A DNA stretch of 64,000 nucleotides from Actinomycetota bacterium (lineage in GTDB: Bacteria; Actinomycetota; Actinomycetes; JAKEEW01): NCBI GenBank assembly GCA_046735375.1, contig JBKPTD010000080.1, forward strand, positions 36,816 through 100,815, given 5' to 3'. The notes under the pieces were generated by a model. The model saw only the letters and a list, made by a program, of their open reading frames with translations. It made no database searches and was not told the origin of the DNA. Below, piece by piece: positions 48,294 to 57,854 of this stretch (its first letter is position 1; the number at the start of each line of letters is the position of its first letter). The translations under genes and the position numbers were made by a program.

Positions 48294-49484
48294 TCAGAGC
48301 CGCTTGGCGGTCCGGAACAGCCGTGCATAGAAGTCATCCCCATCGAGTACGGCCTTCCCTCCGAGATCCCCAAACGTGGGTCCGTCCGCTTGTTCTCGGC
48401 TGGAGATGAATCTGGGATGACCGTCGGTGTCGAGCCCGAGGTAGATCCCGCTGTGATCGATCCGCGGCCCATCTCTGCGATCGATGTCGAAGAAGACGAG
48501 ATCACCGGGCTGGAGTACACCGATATCGGCCGGCCTCCTGCCCTTGTTGGGGATCACGACAACTCCGGGCCCTACGCTGGCCATCGCGAAGGCACGGCGA
48601 GGCAGCTGGGTTCCGTCCTCGTTATCGCCGCGCAGCGGGTAGCCGAGACGGTAGCCATAGACGAGTCGGATATAGCCGGAGCAGTCAACGGCGCCATAGC
48701 GCTTTCCTTCCGACTGCTCAGTCACGCCGTCGTCGAAGCGCCAGGAGATGCCGAGAAAGTCATAGAAGTCGGATTGCTCCAGCCGGAAATCGGTGTCGCC
48801 ATAGGGGATGTTCGGATCGATGGGGCCGAACGACGCATCGCCGGCGTACCGAACGCCGTCCTTTGTCAGCGCGGGCTTCCCATGCAGATACTGCATCGTG
48901 ATCGCAAGCACGTCAGGCGAGCGATCACGAAGCGCCTTCAGGAACCACGGCTCAAACCACGCCGCGTGTTCCGCGCCCGCACGCCACAGTCTGGGAGCGA
49001 GGCGGACCCATGCGGTCGTCCGCACCCTCGCCGAGGTCGTGGACGGTTCGGAGAATGTTCGCTCCGGCCCGGTCAAGGACACGGTTCTCGCTCCATCAGT
49101 GAACGTGGCGACGATCGCACCGCCGGTCCCTCGGACCACCGTCCGATCGGGCGCTGCGACCCGGTCGAAGGTGTAGACGTGTTCTCCGCTCGCCGCGTGG
49201 CGCTGACCACTGCTCTGCGCCGGGTTCCGGGCGTCGCGGACGTCGTCTCCACCCCGCAGGAACACGAGCGCGAGGATGACGGTGAGCGTCGTTGCCACGG
49301 CGCCGACAAACAGCTCACCTCGAACCACCGAGTCATTCCTGAACGAACGTGTACGTGCATGCTCCACAGGGAGCGCACGGGAAAGCCGGCTGGCAGGACG
49401 TGTCTGGTGTTCACGTGGCTCGTCTGGCCGGCCGAGCACGCGGTCGTTCCCAGAGCGCATGGTCATCTCAGAACTACCGATCAC
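48294..49484 (-). CDS. Membrane-anchored NlpC/P60 (C40) peptidase, candidate gamma-glutamyl hydrolase
   Basis: The C-terminal domain has the catalytic Cys in AVDCSGYIRLVY and the His in DHSGIYLG. One N-terminal TM is present. There is a 4-nt overlap with pgsC. Confidence 0.8.
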   Translation of the reverse strand: MIGSSEMTMRSGNDRVLGRPDEPREHQTRPASRLSRALPVEHARTRSFRNDSVVRGELFVGAVATTLTVILALVFLRGGDDVRDARNPAQSSGQRHAASGEHVYTFDRVAAPDRTVVRGTGGAIVATFTDGARTVSLTGPERTFSEPSTTSARVRTTAWVRLAPRLWRAGAEHAAWFEPWFLKALRDRSPDVLAITMQYLHGKPALTKDGVRYAGDASFGPIDPNIPYGDTDFRLEQSDFYDFLGISWRFDDGVTEQSEGKRYGAVDCSGYIRLVYGYRLGYPLRGDNEDGTQLPRRAFAMASVGPGVVVIPNKGRRPADIGVLQPGDLVFFDIDRRDGPRIDHSGIYLGLDTDGHPRFISSREQADGPTFGDLGGKAVLDGDDFYARLFRTAKRL

Positions 49485-49960
49485 AGCGTGGGCATGAGCC
49501 CAAGCAGGAGCCCACTAGTGAGGACAACGTAGTTGAGCAACGTGACCGTCGCGGTGGATATCAAGGTTGGGGCAATCGGCTGGCGCACGAGCTGGTAGGC
49601 GATCAGGCCAGGAACGATGAACCCCAATGTCTGGTGGGCGAACAAGAATGGCGACTGTGTCTGGATGAAGAAAAAGAGAGTCGTCTGCAGAAACACCGCC
49701 ACCAACACGACTGCGGCGAAAAGACGCTTGCCATAGAGGATCACGACCTTCTGCAGACCCACGGTGCCCAGAAATGTCAGCGCCGTGACGCAGACGACGA
49801 TCGCAGCGCGCCGAGGCTCCTGAGCAAGGGTCAGTGCGAGCCAACCAGGGGTGATCATTCCACCGGGTGACAGATTGGTGATCAGATAGCAAACAAGCGA
49901 GAACAGCAGCCCGATGGCCAGGGACAGCGCTGCGATTTCCGGGGTGAGTTCGGCAGTCAC
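49481..49960 (-). CDS. pgsC: Poly-gamma-glutamate synthase membrane subunit PgsC/CapC
   Basis: 159-aa polytopic protein (LSLAIGLLFSLVCYLITNLSPGGMITPGWLAL) matching CapC. Confidence 0.88.
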   Translation of the reverse strand: MTAELTPEIAALSLAIGLLFSLVCYLITNLSPGGMITPGWLALTLAQEPRRAAIVVCVTALTFLGTVGLQKVVILYGKRLFAAVVLVAVFLQTTLFFFIQTQSPFLFAHQTLGFIVPGLIAYQLVRQPIAPTLISTATVTLLNYVVLTSGLLLGLMPTL

Positions 49961-51291
49961 CTGAGTCGTCCCATCCTGTGCCGGCCTGTGGGGCGCTCAT
50001 GAGCCGGGCGCTGATGCGGCGCTCCTCCTAGTGGGATGGCCTGCGCGTGGCGGCCGTCGGCCAACGTACGCCGACGGGGATGCGTGCCCCTTCGAGATAT
50101 CGGAGGGAGCGGGCGCTGCGCAAGCGGAAGTCTCGCCAGCTGCTCCAGGAGGAGCTCGCCCTGTCCATGGATGTTGCCGATCGCGACGAGCGATGCGTCG
50201 GGTCCGGAGTCCGCGATCAATATCTCGAGGATCTCCCTCGGCGACCGGTTGCCTCCGAGATCGACAACCCGGCCCGGCCAGCCATCAGCGATGCCGTCGA
50301 GTGCGCTCTTGGTCGGATGACCGATGAGGTACACCGTGGCGGCAGGGAGTCTGTTGACGATCCCGCCCATTTGGCCGTTTCGTTCCACGCGGTCCGGCCG
50401 GCAATTGATCACGATCGACAGCGGTGGGCTGACGGCACCCCGGCGGATCAACTGCTCGATGTTCATGAGCGTGGACTCGGGGTCGTTCGCTGCAAAGACA
50501 TTGGCAAACCGAATGGTGCGGTCGTCAATTGTGTAGGTCGTCACGCTGAGAACTCCGGGATCTGGGGGGGCGGTCCACATGCCACGAAGCGCTGACCGCC
50601 GATCGATCCCCAGCACGCCCGCCACGGCCAGTGCTAGCGCCACGTTCTCCCGAAACGTGAAGTATTGGAACTGGCTCAGCTCCTCGTCTGTGACGCGGTC
50701 CGGATCAACGCTGACCAGCAGACAGTTCCGTTTGTTTGCCTCGTGCTGAAGGATGTGCCGCCGGTCGCGCTCGGCCGTGATACAGATCCCGCCTGCCGGC
50801 ATCGCCCGGGACAGTGAGCGGGCGACGTCATCGAGAGTGGGCCCCATCTCCGCGAGATGGTCCTCCCGAACGTTGCTGAGAATGCCGATCGTCGATTGGA
50901 TGAGCTTGGTCTGATTGATCTCCTGCAGGGCCGGCATCACCGCCATGCACTCCATCACCAGTGCATCTGGCTGGTAGGCAGCTGCCCGCCTAACTATGCC
51001 GATCTGTTCAGCGATGTTCGGGATCTCGAATTTGCGGTGGACGGGTTCCTCGGTGGCGTCGGGATGGATGAAGCGCGCAGCGGTGCCGGTCGTCTTGGCG
51101 ACGGTCACCAGCCCACCACCACGAAGCGCGCCCGCGCACAAGCGGGTTATCGAACTCTTTCCGCGAATCCCGTTGACGAGGACACGAATCGCGATCTGGT
51201 CGAGGTTTGCCTCGTGTCGGCGCTGCTCGAGGATCCCGGCGGCGAGCAACACAGACAGCGCCATCGTGAAGACGCAGTAAAGGAAGATCAT
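49957..51291 (-). CDS. pgsB: Poly-gamma-glutamate synthase ligase subunit PgsB/CapB (Mur-ligase-like)
   Basis: Close to B. subtilis PgsB along its length (GILEQRRH..VNGIRGKSS.TRL..KTTGT.AR..ECMAV.P..NVREDH..GPTLD). Confidence 0.92.
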   Translation of the reverse strand: MIFLYCVFTMALSVLLAAGILEQRRHEANLDQIAIRVLVNGIRGKSSITRLCAGALRGGGLVTVAKTTGTAARFIHPDATEEPVHRKFEIPNIAEQIGIVRRAAAYQPDALVMECMAVMPALQEINQTKLIQSTIGILSNVREDHLAEMGPTLDDVARSLSRAMPAGGICITAERDRRHILQHEANKRNCLLVSVDPDRVTDEELSQFQYFTFRENVALALAVAGVLGIDRRSALRGMWTAPPDPGVLSVTTYTIDDRTIRFANVFAANDPESTLMNIEQLIRRGAVSPPLSIVINCRPDRVERNGQMGGIVNRLPAATVYLIGHPTKSALDGIADGWPGRVVDLGGNRSPREILEILIADSGPDASLVAIGNIHGQGELLLEQLARLPLAQRPLPPISRRGTHPRRRTLADGRHAQAIPLGGAPHQRPAHERPTGRHRMGRLR

Positions 51292-53537
51292 GAGCCGCTG
51301 CCTGACCCGGATCTTCGGCCCGACACCAGCGCAACCGGCCGTGCGGCTGGAATCGTCGGGATCAGCTGTGTTTCCGCGAGCTGAGCGTCGCGTCCGCTCA
51401 ATGAGGGCCTCAGAGCGCCGCTCCGTATCCCAAGGAGCCGGAGCCGGAGAACCTCGAGGTTTCTCGCGATCGAGCCGATCTCGTTATGCACTCTGGGATA
51501 GATCACCATGCCCCGATCTCCCGGCCAGGCAATGCGTTCGGCGTCTCGAACAAGAACTCGCAATGGGCGGATACCGAAGAGGTAGAGCCATCCATAGCAC
51601 AGCCAGACGCCGGCGACGGCTAGGAGCCCGACGACGGTCGCGTAGCGGCGTACCACATATACCGGGAGTGGAAGCTGATCTGCCGGCATCTTCGAGACGA
51701 CGGTCCAGCCGAGCATTCCCGCAGGACCGACGGGGCCGAGCTGTGCGGCCGCCACAATCGTCGCCGGACCGGGGTCCCGGTAGACGCGCGACGTGTGCAC
51801 CCCGGTGAGGGCGCGGTCGACGGCTCGGTCGACGGCACCGTCGGTCAGCCGACCGAAGGCATGAAAGCCGTCATCTGAGCTGATGATCCGGCGTTCGGGA
51901 TCAACGATCCAGACCGTCCCGAGTCCGGGCCGATCGAGTCGATCGTCGAGGTAGCGAGGGTCGAGCTCGCCGGCGATGACGAGGCCGTTGGCCGCCGGCG
52001 CGTAGGCGACGACGATGGGGACCGGCCCGGAGATGTTTGCCTGACTCACCCCGGTGACCGTGGGCAGCGGTCCCGACGGGCGCCTGGGCTTCGTCCCAGC
52101 ACGGGCTCTGACCTTCCCGTCCGGCTCCAGGACGTAAATCGAGCGGAACCTCCCGTCTGTGTCCTTCGCACCTGCGAGCAGGCGCCGCAGGTCGCCTCGT
52201 GGCACCGAGGCACGCACGTCGCGAGCGAGCCGCTCGAGTGAGGCTGTCGCGTCGTTGATCCCGCGCGCGACGGTGTCGGCCAGTACCGTGATGCGGCCCC
52301 GCTGGTCGTCGATGACCTCGGCTGGGACCCGTTCCGGGCGCATCGACCGGCTGATGACGGGTACCGCCATCGACCATGCAAGGATGAGCAATGCGGTGAT
52401 GATCAGCGTGCCGCGAGCGGTGAAGGCGCCGGCCAGCGGTGAGCGGCCTTGATCGCGAACAGGACGGCCGATCAACTCGCGCCGGATCGCCTCCAGGGCT
52501 GTGGCCAGCCGGCCCGGCTCCGCGGATCTCGGCCTCCCGATAGCGGCATCGGTATCTCCCGTAGCCAGCCTGGCCGCCTCCCGTTCGATTCGGCGGACCG
52601 GGCCGACGAGGGCGTACGCATGCGCGGCGAAGGCCGCTAACGCGAGGTAGGCAAGCGCTACCCCGGCGGCCACGCCGAATCCCCGGCCCGGGTGGGCGGG
52701 AGGCGCGGATACCACCGGTCGGATGCTGACGGCGTAAAGGGGGAGATCGTTCAGACCCTCGCCGGAAACCCTGGCATACCCGATGACGTGCCGCCTCGCG
52801 CTCAGGACGATGGCCGCAACGCTGCCGGACCGATGCGAGGCATCACGGACCGCTCGCGAGACCGCCTGGGCCAGCCTTCCTTCGACATCGGCCGAGCCGG
52901 ACGCGACGACCGGTGCCCCACTCTCATCCACAAGGGTGACGGCCGAGTCGAAGCCGCCCGGTAACCGTGGCCGGGCGGCCGCCGCGAGGACACTGTGATC
53001 CTGGTCGTCGATCGGCATCGGTGCGGCGAGGATCACCTCGGATTGGCCTGCCGGGTCATAGGCCAGCATGGAGGTCGGCCGGGCGATCGGCTCTTTGCCT
53101 AGCGCAGCGACCGGCACCGGCTCCCCACGGGTCGCGAGCAGCCTGCCCGAGCGCTGGTCCAGCAGCGCGAGCCCGCGCCATTCGGGATGGGCGGCCCCGA
53201 CCAACCCGAGGATCGCCGTGGGGGTGGCGTTACGGGCCGACGCCTGTCCTGACACCGCCTGGCCCGTGTTTGCGAGATCTGTGAGTTCCTGCGATAGCGA
53301 CGTGCGGACCTGGTACGCAAGGTCGGCGGCCACCTGCTTCTGCGAGCGCAACACCGCCTGCCCAACTGAGCTGTCATGGCCTCGTCCGAACGTCACCGCG
53401 GTCAGGCAGGCCAGGCAGAGGAAGAACGTCAGGGTGACGATCCATGGAAGAACCACGCCGCCGAGCGCGCTGGTCTGCGGATAGCCGCCCGCAACCGTGA
53501 GAGCGGCTCGCGGCGTGCGAGGAACACCGTTCCGCAC
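51288..53537 (-). CDS. Membrane protein with two tandem [TM - extracytoplasmic sensor-like domain - TM - HAMP] modules and no output domain
   Basis: Four predicted TM segments. HAMP-like segments follow TM2 (LVGPVRRIEREAARLATGD) and TM4 (IRPLRVLVRDAERIAWPGD..IGSIARNLEVLR). Its stop overlaps the pgsB ATG (ATGA). Confidence 0.7.
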   Translation of the reverse strand: MRNGVPRTPRAALTVAGGYPQTSALGGVVLPWIVTLTFFLCLACLTAVTFGRGHDSSVGQAVLRSQKQVAADLAYQVRTSLSQELTDLANTGQAVSGQASARNATPTAILGLVGAAHPEWRGLALLDQRSGRLLATRGEPVPVAALGKEPIARPTSMLAYDPAGQSEVILAAPMPIDDQDHSVLAAAARPRLPGGFDSAVTLVDESGAPVVASGSADVEGRLAQAVSRAVRDASHRSGSVAAIVLSARRHVIGYARVSGEGLNDLPLYAVSIRPVVSAPPAHPGRGFGVAAGVALAYLALAAFAAHAYALVGPVRRIEREAARLATGDTDAAIGRPRSAEPGRLATALEAIRRELIGRPVRDQGRSPLAGAFTARGTLIITALLILAWSMAVPVISRSMRPERVPAEVIDDQRGRITVLADTVARGINDATASLERLARDVRASVPRGDLRRLLAGAKDTDGRFRSIYVLEPDGKVRARAGTKPRRPSGPLPTVTGVSQANISGPVPIVVAYAPAANGLVIAGELDPRYLDDRLDRPGLGTVWIVDPERRIISSDDGFHAFGRLTDGAVDRAVDRALTGVHTSRVYRDPGPATIVAAAQLGPVGPAGMLGWTVVSKMPADQLPLPVYVVRRYATVVGLLAVAGVWLCYGWLYLFGIRPLRVLVRDAERIAWPGDRGMVIYPRVHNEIGSIARNLEVLRLRLLGIRSGALRPSLSGRDAQLAETQLIPTIPAARPVALVSGRRSGSGSGS

Positions 53538-53734
53538 GGGGCAACTCCAGGCTTAACGACGGGCGGCCCGGCCGCCGGGAGGCCAGAGCAAGCGGTAGAT
53601 TACACCATCGGCTTGGGGGCGACTGCGGATCTTGATCACCACCAGATCGGGAGCAGACAGTCCCCACAGATCGCCACTCGCGGCTCGTCAGAATCAGCCG
53701 TGAGCAGTGATGGATAGCCCTTGAGCGTAGGGCG

Positions 53735-54496
53735 CTAGAACGGCGGCCAGGGGACGGCAGGCCAGTCGTCCGTCGGAACCGGCAGGGTACCGCTGGCTAG
53801 CAGCCGGTCCACTCGAGCTGCGGTGGCCTTGATCTCCTCAGGGGTGAGCAGATCCTCTAGCGCGACGCCAAGCCCGTCGTCCAGATCGGAACGCAGCCTG
53901 CGCAGGAGGGCGTACTCCTCCCCCGCGAGCGGCTCACCGGCCCAGTTCCAGAGCAGTGTGCGCAGCTTGTCCGTTGCCGCGAAGCACACGCCATGATCGA
54001 CGGCGAAGATGCGCCCGGTCTCGGTAGGGAGCAGGTGGCCACCCTTGCGATCGGCGTTGTTGACCACCGCGTCAAGGAGCGCGATCGGCCGCAGCCGCGG
54101 ATCGCTGCCGCGCAGCATCGCCACGACGTCCACGGATTCGTCGACATCGATCCACAGCTGGCACATCCCGGGCCCGAACGGGCCATCCCTCAGCACGGTG
54201 GGCGGGACCGTTCCCCATTCGCCGGCCTCCGATACGGCGTAGGCGGCGACCTCGCGACCCGCCAGCGTCCCATCGGGGAAATCCCAGAGTGGCCGTTCGC
54301 CGGCGACCGGCTTATAGACGCAGGCGGCCTGCTTCTCGCCGAATCTCACCCTGCAGTAGAGGGTGGCGTTGGACGCTTCAACCAGCCGGCCGACGATCTC
54401 GAGCTCGCCTTCCGTCAGAAGCCGGAGCGCAGCCCCAGGATCGAACGCGACAAGTTCCGAGCCATTCTGCTCCACTGGTTCCACTGGCGTAGTCAT
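53735..54496 (-). CDS. SCO1664-family protein (PI3/4-kinase-like fold, actinobacterial conserved hypothetical)
   Basis: GRLVEASNATLYC..VYKP..ERPLWDF and NNADRKGGHLL motifs. It sits in the conserved triad with the DUF3090 and phosphomutase genes. Confidence 0.75.
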   Translation of the reverse strand: MTTPVEPVEQNGSELVAFDPGAALRLLTEGELEIVGRLVEASNATLYCRVRFGEKQAACVYKPVAGERPLWDFPDGTLAGREVAAYAVSEAGEWGTVPPTVLRDGPFGPGMCQLWIDVDESVDVVAMLRGSDPRLRPIALLDAVVNNADRKGGHLLPTETGRIFAVDHGVCFAATDKLRTLLWNWAGEPLAGEEYALLRRLRSDLDDGLGVALEDLLTPEEIKATAARVDRLLASGTLPVPTDDWPAVPWPPF

Positions 54497-54503
54497 CCGC
54501 CCG

Positions 54504-55085
54504 TCAGGCGGTCGGATCAGCCGGGCGGTGACCGTTCATCCGGGGACACAGATGCCCATCGGCGTCGACCGGGAGACCGCAGAAGGGGCACGGCGGGCGT
54601 CCGGCCGACACCACCAGCTGCGCCCGCTTCGCGAAGGCTCGTGCCATGGCGCCGGTGATACGCACCCGCAGCAGGGGCGGTCCTTCGTCGGCCTCCTCGT
54701 CAAGGGCTTCGACCTGCTCCTCCTCGGTCTCCGCGCGAGCGTGGGCCTCGATGACCACCCGCTCGGTATCGCCGTCCCAGGCCAGCGTCAACGCACCGAC
54801 CCGGAACTCCTCCTCGATTGGCTGTGACAGGGGATCCTCATCAACGAGGTCCACGGGTGCGACGGCGGGCACCTGTGCAGTACCACCGGTACGCCGGAGC
54901 ACCTCGTCAAGCAGTTCCTCCATGCGCTCCGCGAGTACGGCGACCTGCTCCTTCTCCAGAGCCACACTGGTGGTCCGGCCACTCCGGGCGGCGGCCTGGA
55001 GGAAGAAGGTGCGCTGCCCAGGCTCGCCCACTGTCCCCGCGATGAACCGCTCAGGCGGGTCATAACTGTAGATCTCACGCGACAC
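54504..55085 (-). CDS. DUF3090-family protein
   Basis: FIAGTVGEPGQRTFFLQA N-terminus and a C-terminal CPFCG..C zinc-ribbon-like motif. Confidence 0.75.
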   Translation of the reverse strand: MSREIYSYDPPERFIAGTVGEPGQRTFFLQAAARSGRTTSVALEKEQVAVLAERMEELLDEVLRRTGGTAQVPAVAPVDLVDEDPLSQPIEEEFRVGALTLAWDGDTERVVIEAHARAETEEEQVEALDEEADEGPPLLRVRITGAMARAFAKRAQLVVSAGRPPCPFCGLPVDADGHLCPRMNGHRPADPTA

Positions 55086-55195
55086 GCTGGTCCTCCGTGG
55101 ATGCGCGGTGCGGTGTTTGGCTATCCGTTCCCAGTTCTCCTGGCTGATATCTGATCAGATTCAGGGCGGCAGCGTTTGCTGGGTGCAAATAGAGA

Positions 55196-55903
55196 CTATG
55201 AGGCGCCGGCGCCGCCGCCCACTGTGGCGTCGCCGACCCGGCGCCGCCCGCGGCCCCGGCGCCGTTTCGCTAGGAGCCCCTCCAGCGAGCCGGTGTCGTT
55301 GAGCCGTAGCACGAAGGGACGCAGCTCGGTATAAGTGATCACGCTCACCCCGACTGGATCCACAACGATGCGCTGGAAGAGATCAAGGTGGAGCCCGAGG
55401 GCGTCAGCCACGACCGCCTTGATGACATCACCGTGCGAGCACGCCACCCACAGGGCATCCGGGCCGTCCTCCCGGGCGATCCTCGCATCCCAGTACCGCA
55501 CCGCGGCAACAGCTCTGGCCTGCATGTCCTGCATCGCCTCGCCGCCCTCGCCGGGAAAGCTGACGGCTGACGGGTGCACCTGGACGACCCGCCACAGACG
55601 TTCCTTGGCCACTTCCTTGAGGGGCCGGCCGGTCCAGTCGCCGTAACCGCACTCGATCAGCCGATCGTCGGGCACGATCACAGCGCCCGGCCGAGCGGCG
55701 ACAACGGCCTCGGCGGTCTCCATGCAGCGCTGCAATGGACTGGTGACGACGCGTGAGTACGGAAGTGCAGCCAGTCGCTCACCCAGCTGCTTCGCCTGTG
55801 TCCGCCCGAGGTCGTCGAGTCCGATGCCTGGAGTACGTCCGGCCAACCCTCCATTCGCGTTGATCGAAGTCCTCCCATGGCGGACGAGGATCATCGTGGG
55901 CAC
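55196..55903 (-). CDS. Histidine-phosphatase-superfamily protein (phosphomutase-like)
   Basis: LVRHGRT (RHG motif) and the downstream catalytic His in ACSHGDVIK. Confidence 0.85.
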   Translation of the reverse strand: MPTMILVRHGRTSINANGGLAGRTPGIGLDDLGRTQAKQLGERLAALPYSRVVTSPLQRCMETAEAVVAARPGAVIVPDDRLIECGYGDWTGRPLKEVAKERLWRVVQVHPSAVSFPGEGGEAMQDMQARAVAAVRYWDARIAREDGPDALWVACSHGDVIKAVVADALGLHLDLFQRIVVDPVGVSVITYTELRPFVLRLNDTGSLEGLLAKRRRGRGRRRVGDATVGGGAGAS

Positions 55904-55987
55904 TGCACCAGCCTATGCAGCGGCGGCGCGCTGGCCCCACCCCGACGGACTGCAGGTGCGCGGCACGATCCGGCCCGGAGCACATCG

Positions 55988-56986
55988 ATGGCTGGCGTGG
56001 GCCACAATCGTCTCGTGATCGTGGACTGTGCCATCTACCACGACGGCCGCCGTATGGAGATCGAGACGGACCGGTTCGAGGATGAGATCAAGCACGCTAG
56101 GCAGCATCCAGGTGAGTTCGTCTGGATCGGACTGTACGAGCCCAGCCATGACGAGCTCGCGCGAGTGGCGAGCGAGTTCGATCTGCACCCACTGGCGGTG
56201 GAGGACGCGCTCGAGGCCCACCAGCGGCCGAAGCTCGAGGTCTACGGCGAGACGCTGTTCCTGGTCCTGAAGACCCTCGGCCCCGGAGCTGAGTTGGTGA
56301 TCGGCGAGATCATGGTCTTCCTCGGTCCGGCGTTCGTCGTCACCGTAAGGCATGGGACACCGAACCCGCTGTCGGACGTCCGTCACCGGCTCGAGACCAG
56401 CCAACACAAAGTGCTCGCCGCGGGCCAGGCCGGCGTGCTCTACGCGATCGCCGACGCGGTCGTCGACACGTACTCGGACATCGTCGCCGGCCTGGACACC
56501 GAGCTCGACGACCTGGAAGCGCGGGTCTTCTCACCAGTGCGTACGGATGACGCCAGGGAGATCTACAAGCTGAAGCGGCGGGTGGGCCGGGTTCGGCGGT
56601 CGGTGGTGCCGCTGATCGAGCCAACCTTCGAGCTCGCGTCGGGTGAGCTTCCGCAGATCGACGCGGCCGCCATTCCGTTCTTTCGTGACGTCGCCGACCA
56701 TGTGCGGCGGGCGGCCGACCTGACCGAGTCCGCCGACAGCTTGCTGACAGCAATCCTCCAGGCCAACCTCGCTCAGGTGTCGGTCCGGCAGAACGAGGAT
56801 ATGCGCCGGATCTCGGCATGGGTGGCCATCGCGGCCGTCCCGACCGTGGTGGCCGGGATCTATGGCATGAACTTCGAACACATGCCGGAGCTGCAGTGGC
56901 GCTACGGCTATCCGGCGGTGCTGCTGTTGCTCGCCGCCGTTTGCACCACGCTGTACCGGCTCTTCAAGCGCTCCGGCTGGCTGTAG
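55988..56986 (+). CDS. corA: CorA-family magnesium/cobalt transporter
   Basis: YGMNF signature followed by the final TM. An alternative start is the GTG at 56015 (VIVDCAIY). Confidence 0.9.
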   Translation: MAGVGHNRLVIVDCAIYHDGRRMEIETDRFEDEIKHARQHPGEFVWIGLYEPSHDELARVASEFDLHPLAVEDALEAHQRPKLEVYGETLFLVLKTLGPGAELVIGEIMVFLGPAFVVTVRHGTPNPLSDVRHRLETSQHKVLAAGQAGVLYAIADAVVDTYSDIVAGLDTELDDLEARVFSPVRTDDAREIYKLKRRVGRVRRSVVPLIEPTFELASGELPQIDAAAIPFFRDVADHVRRAADLTESADSLLTAILQANLAQVSVRQNEDMRRISAWVAIAAVPTVVAGIYGMNFEHMPELQWRYGYPAVLLLLAAVCTTLYRLFKRSGWL

Positions 56987-57008
56987 AGCCCGCTGCGGCG
57001 GCCAGGTG

Positions 57009-57833
57009 TCAGTTCGTCGCGCTCAGGACACCGGTGGCGACCAGGATGAGGACCAACGATCCGAGCAGAATCCGGTAAACCACGAATGCCTTCATCGTGT
57101 GCGTTGTGAGGAATCGCAGCAGCCAGACGATCGAGGCATAACCCGTCACGAAGGCGAGCAGGGTGGCCACGGCCGTCGGGACGATGTCGACGCTGCCCTT
57201 GGCGCCAATGTGACGCAGCTCGAACAGACCGGACAGCACAACCGCGGGGATCGACAGCAAGAACGAAAAGCGCGCTGCGGACTCCCTCGTGAAACCGAGG
57301 AACATACCGGCCGTGATCGTTGCCCCGGAACGGCTCACGCCTGGGATCAGGGCGAGGGCTTGTGCACACCCGACGAGCAGGCTGTCGCGCAGCCGCAGCC
57401 CGCGCAGCTCGCGGCGGCGGCTGCCGACTCGCTCCGCGAGGAGCATGATCAGGCCGACGGCGATCAAGGCGAGGCCGATGAGGCGCAGGTCGCGTACGTT
57501 GTCCTCGATCTGGTTCTGGAACGCGAGGCCGGCCAGACCGATCGGGATGGTGCCGAGGCCGATGTACCAGCCGAGTCGCGCGTCGAGCTCACCGCGCAGC
57601 TCGGGACGTACCAAGCTGCGGGCCCATGTCGCGGTGATGCGGACGATGTCGCGCCAGAAGTAGAGCAAGACCGCCGCCATCGTGCCGAGCTGGATGACCG
57701 CGGTGAAGGCCGCACCCGGGTCGTCCCACCCAAACAGCGCCGGCACGATCCGCAGATGGCCGCTGGACGAAATCGGTAAGAACTCGGTTAGCCCCTGGAC
57801 GATGCCGAGGACTACGGCCTGAAAGACGTCCAC
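57009..57833 (-). CDS. uppP: Undecaprenyl-diphosphate phosphatase
   Basis: [13 protein letters not shown] and PGVSRSG motifs of the BacA/UppP family. Confidence 0.93.
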   Translation of the reverse strand: MDVFQAVVLGIVQGLTEFLPISSSGHLRIVPALFGWDDPGAAFTAVIQLGTMAAVLLYFWRDIVRITATWARSLVRPELRGELDARLGWYIGLGTIPIGLAGLAFQNQIEDNVRDLRLIGLALIAVGLIMLLAERVGSRRRELRGLRLRDSLLVGCAQALALIPGVSRSGATITAGMFLGFTRESAARFSFLLSIPAVVLSGLFELRHIGAKGSVDIVPTAVATLLAFVTGYASIVWLLRFLTTHTMKAFVVYRILLGSLVLILVATGVLSATN

Positions 57834-57854
57834 CGCGTGCTCCTGTCCAGATCC

